The translations under genes were made by a program, and so were the position numbers. The notes below the pieces were generated by a model. That model was given only the letters and a program-made list of their open reading frames with translations, was not told the origin of the DNA and made no database searches. Shown here piece by piece: positions 20,965 through 30,377 of a stretch of 64,000 bases of DNA (position 1 is its first letter; every line of letters starts with the position of its first letter). Source of the stretch: Bdellovibrionales bacterium (GTDB taxonomy: Bacteria; Bdellovibrionota; Bdellovibrionia; Bdellovibrionales; UBA1609). The stretch spans positions 2,272,001 through 2,336,000 of the forward strand of contig OZ241329.1 in assembly GCA_965199825.1 (NCBI GenBank), given 5' to 3'.

Positions 20965-21963
20965 TTAGAAGCTCTCATCAAAGGCAACGTTGCCGGTCAC
21001 ACCAATTTGGTAGGCCGAAACACGTCGCTCAAAGAAATTGGCAAGCTCTTGGGTGTCTTGGAGTTCCATAAAGCTAAATGGATTTTTAACATTAAACTGC
21101 GATGGAATACCTAAACGGTTGAGGCGTTGATCCGCCACATGCTGCAAATAAGTTCTCATGTCGCGAGCACTTAAACCTGCAACCCCATGATCCAAAATAT
21201 CTTGGGCAAAGGTCATTTCGCAATCGATCGCATCGTTCATCATCGCAATAATGGAATCCTTCATCACAGAATCCATCAATTCAGGCTGTTCGCGAAGAGC
21301 AATCTCGATCACCTGAAATGCAAAGTCGATATGTGCCGACTCATCACGAAAAACCCAGTTGGTTCCGGTAGCAAGGCCGTTCAACAACCCTTTGGATCTG
21401 AGAAAATAAACATAAGCAAAGGCTGCAAAAAAGAAGAGTCCTTCGATGGTTCCAGCAAAACAAATCAGATTCATAAGAAATCGACGTTTATCATCCATTG
21501 ATTGAATCACATGGAGTTCTTGAATCGAGTCCATCCATTTAAAGCTGAACTCCGCTTTCTTTTTAATCGACGGAATATTGTGAACTGCCGCAAACGCTTT
21601 TTCGCGCTCTGAATGATCGGGGATATAGCTATCCAGCAGTGTGAGATAAAACTCCACATGCAAAGCTTCCTCAAACAACTGGCGTGACAGATAAAGGCGC
21701 GCCTCTGGGGAATTGATATGCTTATACAAATTCAAAACCAGATTGTTGCCGACGATCGAGTCCCCGGTTGCAAAAAAAGCAACAAGGCGATTGATCAAAA
21801 ATCTTTCGGCCGGAGTCATTTTTTTATTCAAATCAACAATGTCATTGCTGAAATCAACTTCTTCTACGGTCCAAGTATTTTTGATTGCGGCTTTATAGCG
21901 ATCAAAAAAAATGGGGTACTTCATTGGTCTAAGGGTAAGGTCAAATCCTGCATCTAAAATCAT
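20965..21963 (-). CDS. nrdB: Class I ribonucleotide reductase beta subunit
   Basis: Diiron ligands (ATGD, EEALH, IEG, RDESAH), radical Tyr in EALHVEFY and C-terminal NFFERRVSAY. AGGAGG SD before ATG 21963. Confidence 0.95.
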   Translation of the reverse strand: MILDAGFDLTLRPMKYPIFFDRYKAAIKNTWTVEEVDFSNDIVDLNKKMTPAERFLINRLVAFFATGDSIVGNNLVLNLYKHINSPEARLYLSRQLFEEALHVEFYLTLLDSYIPDHSEREKAFAAVHNIPSIKKKAEFSFKWMDSIQELHVIQSMDDKRRFLMNLICFAGTIEGLFFFAAFAYVYFLRSKGLLNGLATGTNWVFRDESAHIDFAFQVIEIALREQPELMDSVMKDSIIAMMNDAIDCEMTFAQDILDHGVAGLSARDMRTYLQHVADQRLNRLGIPSQFNVKNPFSFMELQDTQELANFFERRVSAYQIGVTGNVAFDESF

Positions 21964-21973
21964 GGTGGTCCTC

Positions 21974-24388
21974 CTATTGACAAGCTTCACAAACTTCGGG
22001 GTTTTCTAACGAACATGCGACGGCTTCTTGATCGGTAAACGTGGGTTGACTTGTGACTTGTGCAATTTTGGTAGCAGGTCGCGAGCGCAAGTAATAAGTC
22101 GTCTTAATTCCATTTTTCCAGGCGTACATATACATACTCGAAAGCTTCCCGATGGTGGGGCTTTCGATAAATAAATTGAGCGACTGACTTTGATCGATAT
22201 AAGCACCGCGAGCCGCTGCCATATCAATCATTGATTTTTGGGGCACTTCCCAAACCGTTCTAAACACAAGTTTCAAAGACTGCGGAATCTGTGGAATATT
22301 CTGAATCGAACCCTCATGGAGTTTAATTAATCCACGAATCTCCTCGGTCCACAAACCCTGTTTTTTCAACGCTTGAGCCAAATATTTATTGACCTGAATG
22401 AACTCACCCGAGAGTGTTTCGCGCTTAAATAAATTAGAAATTTGGGGCTCGATCGCCTCATACGCACCGGTGATACTTGCAATCGTTGCGGTCGGTGCAA
22501 TTGCAATCATCAACGAATTTCTTAAGCCGATTTTTTTAATCTTTCGTCGCAATTTTTCCCAACGTTCCATATCGTCGGGCACAACACCCCAATGATCAAA
22601 TTGCAGTTCTCCATTGGCAGCGCGTGTTTCTTTAAAGGCCTCATGGGCTCCCAATTTTTCGGCAAGGGCACAAGACGTTTTCAGCGCGTGATAATAAATC
22701 TCTTCTTGAATCTTGGTCGAAAGCTTTAAAGCTTCTGGACTATCAAAAGCATAACCTAATTTAAAAAAGGCATCTTGCAGACCCATCACACCAAGCCCCA
22801 CGGGGCGCCAGCGATAATTCGAAGTCTCGGCGGTTCCGATGGGATAAAAATTAATATCGATCACACGGTCGAGATACTTAATGGCAGTGACAACAGTTTC
22901 GCTTAATTTTTCAAAATCAAATTCTTTACCTGTGACATGGTTTCCGAGATTGACCGAGCCTAAATTGCAAACCGCAGTTTCCCCATTTGAGGTCACTTCC
23001 AAAATTTCGGTGCAGAGATTTGAAAGATGAATCACATTTTGGGGCAAACCGGTTTGGTTACTCTTGGAATTACACGCATCTTTAAAGGTCACCCAACCGT
23101 TACCGGTTTGGGCAAGGGTCTTCATCATGCGCGAATACAAATCTCGGGCTTTGAGCTGTTTTAAAAACAGACCTTCTTTTTCGGCCTGCTCATAAGCCAC
23201 TTCAAATTCTTTTCCAAAAAGATCAACCAAATGAGGGACATCTTTGGGATCAAATAATGACCATTGGCCATCACTCTCAACTCGCTTCATAAATAAATCG
23301 GGAATCCAGTTGGCTAAATTGAGATTGTGAGTGCGTTGAGCCGCATCGCCGGTGTTGTCGCGAAGTTCTAAGAACTCTTCGATATCCCCATGCCAGCTCT
23401 CAAGATAAATACAAGCAGCCCCTTTGCGTTTTCCACCTTGGTTTACCGCTGAAACCGAAGAATCTAAAGTCTTAAGCCATGGTGTTAATCCATTGCTGTG
23501 ACCATTTGTTCCTTTGATCAAAGAGCCGCGCGAACGCACGCGTGAAAATGAAACCCCAATGCCTCCGGCAAATTTAGAAAGCATCGCGATGTCTTTGTAC
23601 TTGTCATAAATTGAGCCCAAATCATCAAGAGGGGAATCAAGCAAATAGCAGGATGAAAGCTGAGGTCTTAAAGTCGCCGAATTAAACAAAGTCGGTGAGC
23701 TTGGCATATAATCCAATGATGAAATCAGCTCGTAGAATTCTTTTGCTTCTTGAAATGTTTTTGCCAAACCACAAGCCACACGAAGGAAAAAATATTGGGG
23801 CGACTCAATCACCTGGCGCGTTTTTGGATCTTTTAAGAGGTAGCGATCATAAACCGTACGTAGTCCAAAGTACTCAAACTTTTGGGTGCGGGTATCATCG
23901 ATAATAATATTTAAAGCCTCTTTGTGTTCGCGCACAAATTTAAGAGTGGAGTCGGCGATCAATCCGGTTTCAAAACCGATCTTGATACAATCGGCAAAAT
24001 TGCGAATGCCCTGATTGTTCACTTCCTCGTCGATATAGCGGGCTAAAAGGCGCGAAGCCAACCGTGAATACGCGGGCTCTTCGCCAATCAAGAGTGAAGC
24101 CGTTTGGATGCACAGTTGATCAAGTTCTTTTGTGGTGGCTCCATCGTACAATCCGCTGATCACTTTTGTGGCCACACGCATGGGATCCACATCTTGCAAA
24201 CGATTGGAGCAAGCAATGACCACGTTCACAATCTTGTTCACATTGACCGGTTCTAAAACTCCATCGCGTTTTCGCACACGCATAATCATCGGGCCGTCGG
24301 CTTGATCTTGAGGCGGCAACTGATTTTGAGCCGGATTGATGTTTAGTCTTGTACCACGATCATTAATTATTTCTTGCTCATTTTTCAT
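21974..24388 (-). CDS. nrdA: Class I ribonucleotide reductase alpha subunit with N-terminal ATP cone
   Basis: VRKRDG ATP cone, SPTLFN, LSSCY, SNLCTEI, AIAPTAT, KTTYYLR and C-terminal CEACQ. GGAGG spacing favours ATG 24388 over 24394. Confidence 0.96.
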   Translation of the reverse strand: MKNEQEIINDRGTRLNINPAQNQLPPQDQADGPMIMRVRKRDGVLEPVNVNKIVNVVIACSNRLQDVDPMRVATKVISGLYDGATTKELDQLCIQTASLLIGEEPAYSRLASRLLARYIDEEVNNQGIRNFADCIKIGFETGLIADSTLKFVREHKEALNIIIDDTRTQKFEYFGLRTVYDRYLLKDPKTRQVIESPQYFFLRVACGLAKTFQEAKEFYELISSLDYMPSSPTLFNSATLRPQLSSCYLLDSPLDDLGSIYDKYKDIAMLSKFAGGIGVSFSRVRSRGSLIKGTNGHSNGLTPWLKTLDSSVSAVNQGGKRKGAACIYLESWHGDIEEFLELRDNTGDAAQRTHNLNLANWIPDLFMKRVESDGQWSLFDPKDVPHLVDLFGKEFEVAYEQAEKEGLFLKQLKARDLYSRMMKTLAQTGNGWVTFKDACNSKSNQTGLPQNVIHLSNLCTEILEVTSNGETAVCNLGSVNLGNHVTGKEFDFEKLSETVVTAIKYLDRVIDINFYPIGTAETSNYRWRPVGLGVMGLQDAFFKLGYAFDSPEALKLSTKIQEEIYYHALKTSCALAEKLGAHEAFKETRAANGELQFDHWGVVPDDMERWEKLRRKIKKIGLRNSLMIAIAPTATIASITGAYEAIEPQISNLFKRETLSGEFIQVNKYLAQALKKQGLWTEEIRGLIKLHEGSIQNIPQIPQSLKLVFRTVWEVPQKSMIDMAAARGAYIDQSQSLNLFIESPTIGKLSSMYMYAWKNGIKTTYYLRSRPATKIAQVTSQPTFTDQEAVACSLENPEVCEACQ

Positions 24389-24789
24389 TTGCATCCTCCA
24401 TCAAAATTTCATCTCAAGCGAAAAGAGTCCCTTAACAATCTTTATTAAAATTTTCCGCTGCCGGAATTTTTTAAATAAAATTGCATGCTTTAGTGACCCT
24501 CTTGAACTGTCTTGAGGTGTGTCGGGCGCGATAGGCCCAGCACTCAATTTCGACGCTATCTTGGGGTTCAGATTTCTGTCAATTCTGAAACCCTGACTTT
24601 CTTTGGACAATTTTTTTTTCTCACAACTGCGCGGCTCTATTGATGTTCCCGGGATGACTGAGCGCGAATGGTGCAACTGGACTATAAGATCATTTAGCAA
24701 ATTAAAACGCCTTGACCTTTAGCCGGCAGTTCAAAGCGGGGTCTATTCCGGTAGCAACTTGAACCCAATTCTCATATGCTTAAGATTCA

Positions 24790-25824
24790 ATGAAACAACT
24801 TCTAGTCCGAAAAAAGTTTCCAGAAATGGATGAGCTTGAATCATTAATTGAACAGTTCGGCACAAATGCTCGCACGACGGTTGTCGAAACAGTGCACCTC
24901 AAAGATCGTGAATTTCCAATCTATACCGTCGAGGTGGGATCCCAAAATTTAAACGATCCGGTGATCGCATTTTTTGGCGGGGTTCATGGTCTCGAAAAAA
25001 TCGGCACCGAAGTTTTGCTTGCTTATATGAGAACTGTTTTAGAATTGATTCGTTGGGATCACAGTTTTAATGAGCGATTAAAACATACACGACTTTTGTT
25101 TATGCCAATTGTAAACCCCGTAGGCATTGTGGCTCGCAGTCGATCCAATGGGAATGGTGTTGATCTGATGCGAAATTCTCCTGTGGTGGCCGAGCGAGCA
25201 GGAGGCCCGATCTACCGCGGGCATCGTCTGACTCCAAGACTTCCTTGGTACCGGGGGCCCGAAAATGTGGAAATGGAAAAAGAAGCAAAAGCACTTTGCC
25301 AAGTTGTGGTCGATAAGCTTTTTCCCTCTCGATTAAGTATGGCTATTGATGTGCACTCTGGCTTTGGGGCTCACGATCGGTTGTGGTTTCCATTTGCACA
25401 CAGTAAAAAACCTTTTCCTTACGCAGCCGAAGTGTTCTCGCTCAAAAATCTATTTGAATCTTCATATCCGCATCACTTTTATGTGATTGAGCCTGTGAGC
25501 CGTCAGTACACGGTGTTTGGCGATTTGTGGGACCACTTGATGATCCAACACACAAATCAGATAAATAAAAATAGTTTTTTTCCTTGGACTCTCGAAATGG
25601 GATCTTGGACGTGGCTCAAAAAAAATCCTCTACAGATTTTTTCGCGATTTGGAGTGTTTCACCCAATGAAGCCTCACCGTCGTCAAAGAATTTTACGAAG
25701 ACACAATGCGCTCTTTGATTTTCTTCATCGCGTGGTGTCCTCACCCGAAGCATGGCTTCATCTCTCAGAATCCGATCGCACCGCAAAAATGAAACTGGCA
25801 ATGGAGATGTGGTATGAAAAATAA
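24790..25824 (+). CDS. M14-like zinc carboxypeptidase-fold protein
   Basis: HxxE zinc motif (GGVHGLE), VNPVG, NGVDLMRN, IDVHSG and TLEMG. Confidence 0.8.
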   Translation: MKQLLVRKKFPEMDELESLIEQFGTNARTTVVETVHLKDREFPIYTVEVGSQNLNDPVIAFFGGVHGLEKIGTEVLLAYMRTVLELIRWDHSFNERLKHTRLLFMPIVNPVGIVARSRSNGNGVDLMRNSPVVAERAGGPIYRGHRLTPRLPWYRGPENVEMEKEAKALCQVVVDKLFPSRLSMAIDVHSGFGAHDRLWFPFAHSKKPFPYAAEVFSLKNLFESSYPHHFYVIEPVSRQYTVFGDLWDHLMIQHTNQINKNSFFPWTLEMGSWTWLKKNPLQIFSRFGVFHPMKPHRRQRILRRHNALFDFLHRVVSSPEAWLHLSESDRTAKMKLAMEMWYEK

Positions 25825-26590
25825 AACTTGGATTCTGCTTCGTGGACTGTGTCGTGAGTCGGGCCATTGGGGTGAGTTTTTACCACTTTTTGAAAAATCA
25901 TTTTTGGATCACAACGTGATCTCGCTCGATTTGCCCGGCCTTGGACAAAATATCAAAATGAAGTCGCCGTCATCGACCGAAGAGATTGTGTCGTACTTAA
26001 GAAAAACTTTGAAAGAAAAAAACATCAACACACCCATTCATATTTTTGGTGTGTCTTTTGGTGCGATGGTCGCAGTCAAGTGGGCCGAGCTTTTCCCTGA
26101 AGAAATAGAATCATTTTGTGTTGCCAATTTAAGCGATCGACAAAGTCCTTTTTTTAAAAGATTAAAAAGTAAAATTTGGGGAACGGCCTTGCGGATTCCA
26201 TTAAAATTCAGTGCCAAATCTCGCGAAGCTTTGATCTTGAAATGCATTTCCAATTCGCCCCAAAAAAGTGCCGAAGCTCTTGACGCATGGACCGAAATTG
26301 CGCGGTTAAGGCCATTTCGACTTCAAGTTTTGACCGCTCAGTTATTGGCTTCAAGATCATTTCGGGCACCAAAAATCTTAAATGTCGATGGCATGATTAT
26401 GGTCAGTCTTCATGACCGTTTTGTTGATCCCACTTGCTCATTTAAAATTGGGCGGGGACTTAAGAAAAAAATCTTTACTCATCCGTGGGCGGGTCACGAT
26501 TTGACATTAGATGATCCAGAATGGGTCCTTCAAAAAGTGCATGATTTCATCCAGTCCTCTCAACCGCTGAAAAAAATTATATCCTCATAG
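25814..26590 (+). CDS. Alpha/beta hydrolase
   Basis: LDLPGLG, nucleophile elbow GVSFG, HDRFVD and AGHD. Overlaps the upstream gene. Confidence 0.85.
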   Translation: MKNKTWILLRGLCRESGHWGEFLPLFEKSFLDHNVISLDLPGLGQNIKMKSPSSTEEIVSYLRKTLKEKNINTPIHIFGVSFGAMVAVKWAELFPEEIESFCVANLSDRQSPFFKRLKSKIWGTALRIPLKFSAKSREALILKCISNSPQKSAEALDAWTEIARLRPFRLQVLTAQLLASRSFRAPKILNVDGMIMVSLHDRFVDPTCSFKIGRGLKKKIFTHPWAGHDLTLDDPEWVLQKVHDFIQSSQPLKKIISS

Positions 26591-26596
26591 TTTGAG

Positions 26597-28012
26597 TTGT
26601 TAGTCCTAGGCATTGCGCGGTACTTTTATGGGATCTTGAAGCCAATTTTAGCCACCCTACTATTTTGTTTTTTCTCCTCGACTTTGAGTCACGCCCAAAT
26701 GGTCAGTGCCCAAAATCGGGGTGAGTTTGGTTTATTTCAAAATCAGTATGTCTCACCATCAGTCACACCCAATCAGCACGAAGGATTTTCGTCTTTAGGT
26801 GGGCAAGCAGATTATAAATTTATCGGCAGAAATTGGGATTACAAATCAAGCGCAAACGGAATCTTGGCGCTCGATGGAACTAAAGAAAATTATTTTGCGG
26901 TGCCCGATATTTTTGCGGTTTACAAAGGATTCAATAACAACATTCAGGTCTCACTCGGACGCCGGCGCGAAATGTGGAGTGAGTTTGATGAGCAGTGGAA
27001 ACTTGGACTCTTTCAACCGGTGGCCCGCTGGGATTATCTGAATCCTCAAGAGCAGGGATTGACCGGTGTGTTTTTTGATTACGAGCGACACCCCTATGCG
27101 GTGCGAGTTTTTGTCTCAGGCTTATTTATTCCTGATCAAGGTCCCAATTTCGAAATTCGCGATGGTGAATTCGCAAGCGACAATCGTTGGTTTTCGGCTC
27201 CCCAAACTCATGCTTTATTTCGCGAGCGATTTACAAAAATTAATTATCAAGTCGATCGGCCTCCAGTGAGCGACATTATTAATCAAGCAAGCTTTGGAGC
27301 AAAGATCACTTATGGCTCGCGCGATGAGGGGTACTGGGTGTCGTTTGCCGAAGCGATTAAGCCTCTAAACGAATTTCATTTGGCCATTGATCCGCGCTAC
27401 AGCATCTCACCAACCCAATTTTCACAGCAAGGGGTTGCGATCGTTCATCCCATTGTGGTGTCGGACCAAGTGTCCTCGGTCGAGGCGGGTGTGACCCATG
27501 ATCGTGAGCGCGGCTGGGTGTCGGTCACACGCGATGCACCCAAGCGCCCAGACCTTCCGGCACGCTATGAGCAAGCAAGCCTTTATCCCGCACTGTTTTT
27601 GGGTGTAAACTATGCTCATGGAGCCGAGATTTTTGGAATTCGCCGCTCAGAGGTTCAGGTCTCGGCACTTTACCGTTGGGACGAGAGAACAACGCGCGCC
27701 GGAGGCCTTGCTGGAGATACGGTCGAATCCTCTCTTCAGCGTTTTGATTTTGAACAAGTGGCGGCTGTGGAGTGGAATATTCAGCCAATCAACCTTCGTT
27801 CACGCTCGATCACTTTTAAAACAAAATATATGTACTCATTTCCTGAAAAAGGCGGACTGCTCTCTTTTCGAACCGGTATCGGATTTGATCGCGACTTACG
27901 AATCGATTTGGGTTTTGATTTGCTGGGTGCCGACACGGATTACACGACGGGGCTTATGGGTCGCTACAGATCCAATAGTCGAATGACGGGGGGATTGAGT
28001 TACATTTTTTAA
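26597..28012 (+). CDS. Hypothetical outer-membrane beta-barrel protein
   Basis: Signal peptide ending SHA, amphipathic beta-strands and a C-terminal beta-signal (GGLSYIF). The true start may be TTG 26636. Confidence 0.7.
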   Translation: MLVLGIARYFYGILKPILATLLFCFFSSTLSHAQMVSAQNRGEFGLFQNQYVSPSVTPNQHEGFSSLGGQADYKFIGRNWDYKSSANGILALDGTKENYFAVPDIFAVYKGFNNNIQVSLGRRREMWSEFDEQWKLGLFQPVARWDYLNPQEQGLTGVFFDYERHPYAVRVFVSGLFIPDQGPNFEIRDGEFASDNRWFSAPQTHALFRERFTKINYQVDRPPVSDIINQASFGAKITYGSRDEGYWVSFAEAIKPLNEFHLAIDPRYSISPTQFSQQGVAIVHPIVVSDQVSSVEAGVTHDRERGWVSVTRDAPKRPDLPARYEQASLYPALFLGVNYAHGAEIFGIRRSEVQVSALYRWDERTTRAGGLAGDTVESSLQRFDFEQVAAVEWNIQPINLRSRSITFKTKYMYSFPEKGGLLSFRTGIGFDRDLRIDLGFDLLGADTDYTTGLMGRYRSNSRMTGGLSYIF

Positions 28013-30377
28013 TCGGCTTTTTTTTCTATTTTTCTTTTTGACTGGATGTGGAATTCATCTGGGCGAAAAACCACCAGAAAAAAAAGAAATTCGGGTGGAT
28101 TTTCATTGCTCGGCCGATGTTTCGACATTTGTGCGGACCTATGTGCACGCCGAACAAAAAAATGTTTCCGAAACCGAAAAGTTTTTTGAGTGTCTCAAGG
28201 AATCACTTTTGTCTTTTCAGACTTATGTGGCTGGAGATGTTAAAGAGCGCTACACCCCAGAAGAACTCAAAAATTTTGTTGAGCATGTTTTGATTACTGA
28301 TCGCCCGCTCACCAACCAACTCTTGCATCAGTTTATGCTTATCAAAGTGGCTTTGATTGGCGGAAGCACCGAATTTTTAAGACATGATGAAATCACCGGC
28401 GCCATTATTTTAATGGACCAACTTAAGACCATTGCCAAAAATTTATGGCCCTACATTTCAATTATTAATCCCTATGTTGGCCGCCAAAAAAAAATAATGA
28501 ACTTACCCTTGCCATCCACCGATCTTGCGGTCGCGGCTCTTGATCAAGCGGCCATCCAAATTGGTGATCTTTTGGCTTCCAGTCACAACCCCTATGCCTT
28601 CAATGACTTCAAAAATTTTATTCAAGAGTTTAGGAGTTTTGCGAAATGGGATTCGGCCTTTCCTTCGGCCGGCTCAGTGGACTCGTGGATTGATTTTTGG
28701 ATAGCATTTAAGGATTTTGCGGTGCGCCCTTCGGCACAAACAGAAATTGTTCCTGAAGAATGGCCACGACTGATGCGTCAAGCAGTGGGGTGGTACAGCA
28801 CCTGGCTGCGCTTTGAATTTTCGGTTCATGGCCAAGATATTTTTGTTCAGCCCGGTTTAAATCAGACCACCGCCTTGGTAAACGGAGTAGCCGATCTGCT
28901 TGAGCGCTCCATTGCCTCTCATCCAAAAACAATGATTGAGTTTGATCAAATTTTAAATCTCTTTCAGAAAATGAAAGGTGTGGATCTGATTTCTGACCCG
29001 GTCACGCCCGAGGTTCTTTCGAGTGTGGTTCGAGTGGTGTTTGAAAAAATCTTAGGCCCCACAGAGGTTCAGCCCAAGCGTCGGGTGAGCGAAGGTATTG
29101 ATTTAGCTGCGGTTGCCCATCTGAAAAATGAATATGAAATCTTTAAACAAGCTCAACTTTTTTTAAACCAATTATTTTTTGAAAAAAACAAAAAAGGTTT
29201 AAGCGTAATCAAAGATTGGCTTAAGTCTCCATCTTTAAGAGAAAGTATTGACCCCTTAGATTTGGCGCGCAAAGTGGGAGGGCCAGACGAGCAATATCTC
29301 GGACTCTTTTTTCAAGCCATCCGAATTGACCGGCCACTCTTTGCACCGAATCTCGAGAATAAAATACGCGTGCTTTTATTAAGTCCAAAAAATCTCGATC
29401 AGATTCAATTTTCATTTGAAGATTTGTCGATGAAAAATATGTTGTTTGCGGTGATCCGACTTCTGGTCAAAGGTTACGCGGGCGATGACGAGCGACGGCT
29501 TCAAATGGTGGGTCTGACCCGAAGTGAAGTCCAAGATTTTTACGAAGATTTTAGACTCTTAGGCGAGCAGATTCATATTCTTGATCCTCGCAGTCCACGT
29601 TCAGGCAGCCGAAGTTTTTTAGAAGGCAAACTCTTTACCTACGCAGGCCACGGGTATGAGGAATTCTCGGCAGATGTGCAGTTAAAATATTTAAGTCTTG
29701 CACCAGGGATCGAACTTTTTGGATTTTTAATCTCAGGCGGATTGACATCGCGACAGCTGTACTACGAGCTTGCCAAGCCGTCGCTCTGCCCGCCGCAAGA
29801 GGATTATCCAGTTGATATTTTTGGTGATAAGGAACTCAAAAAAGAGTGCATCATGCCCTACATGGTTGAGCACATTCAGGATAACCTTGATCACCTTCCA
29901 GAGTGGCAAAAATATTATCGACAATTGAGCCTGGCTGAAAAAAATAAATTTCTAGAATCCCTTTTGGCAGCCGCAAAGGATCCCCAACTTGATCCCAACT
30001 GGGTTGAAAAACCAGATCTCACCGGAATGATCGTGGTCCTTCAATACATTGAGGCGATCTTTACCCGTTATGATCTTAATGGCGATGGAATTTTAAATGA
30101 ATCAGAAATCAATAATGCTTATCCCACCTTTCGTGGTTTGATTCGAGATATGGCAGCCCAAATCGGCAGACCGCTCACGAGTGAATCCGATGTGCGCTAC
30201 GTGTTTAATCATATTTTGCTTTATCATCAAATCCCTCCTGGGACGTGGCGCGATTTGATTCGCAAAAACTTTCGCCTTCGTGATTTTCATCTGACACGTC
30301 TGCAGCTCACCGAGGCATTTCATATGATCATTCAGCAAATTCTTGAAATTGACCGACTTAAAAATCCTGGGCAGTGA
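28002..30377 (+). CDS. Large helical lipoprotein with a C-terminal EF-hand-like motif; start codon unresolved
   Basis: In-frame NRLFFLFFFLTGC lipoprotein signal upstream of the called TTG 28038. DLNGDGILNESE fits the EF-hand loop. Confidence 0.7.
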   Translation, partial: TFFNRLFFLFFFLTGCGIHLGEKPPEKKEIRVDFHCSADVSTFVRTYVHAEQKNVSETEKFFECLKESLLSFQTYVAGDVKERYTPEELKNFVEHVLITDRPLTNQLLHQFMLIKVALIGGSTEFLRHDEITGAIILMDQLKTIAKNLWPYISIINPYVGRQKKIMNLPLPSTDLAVAALDQAAIQIGDLLASSHNPYAFNDFKNFIQEFRSFAKWDSAFPSAGSVDSWIDFWIAFKDFAVRPSAQTEIVPEEWPRLMRQAVGWYSTWLRFEFSVHGQDIFVQPGLNQTTALVNGVADLLERSIASHPKTMIEFDQILNLFQKMKGVDLISDPVTPEVLSSVVRVVFEKILGPTEVQPKRRVSEGIDLAAVAHLKNEYEIFKQAQLFLNQLFFEKNKKGLSVIKDWLKSPSLRESIDPLDLARKVGGPDEQYLGLFFQAIRIDRPLFAPNLENKIRVLLLSPKNLDQIQFSFEDLSMKNMLFAVIRLLVKGYAGDDERRLQMVGLTRSEVQDFYEDFRLLGEQIHILDPRSPRSGSRSFLEGKLFTYAGHGYEEFSADVQLKYLSLAPGIELFGFLISGGLTSRQLYYELAKPSLCPPQEDYPVDIFGDKELKKECIMPYMVEHIQDNLDHLPEWQKYYRQLSLAEKNKFLESLLAAAKDPQLDPNWVEKPDLTGMIVVLQYIEAIFTRYDLNGDGILNESEINNAYPTFRGLIRDMAAQIGRPLTSESDVRYVFNHILLYHQIPPGTWRDLIRKNFRLRDFHLTRLQLTEAFHMIIQQILEIDRLKNPGQ

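Noticed and set aside
24552..24567. NrdR-box-like ACGCTA-TC-TTGGGG upstream of nrdA
   Set aside because: The half-sites are 2 nt closer than in the 16-bp NrdR consensus, and no tandem second box was found.
24611..24619. T9 and other homopolymer runs as phase-variation tracts
   Set aside because: A/T runs of 7-9 nt are common throughout this sequence, including inside intact housekeeping genes.
24401..24700. 99-aa ORF upstream of nrdA
   Set aside because: No SD or recognisable motif, and it overlaps probable promoter and leader elements.
24400..24790. Cobalamin riboswitch upstream of nrdAB
   Set aside because: No B12-box or GCCACTG / CCCGCAACTGT-type core is visible on the minus strand.
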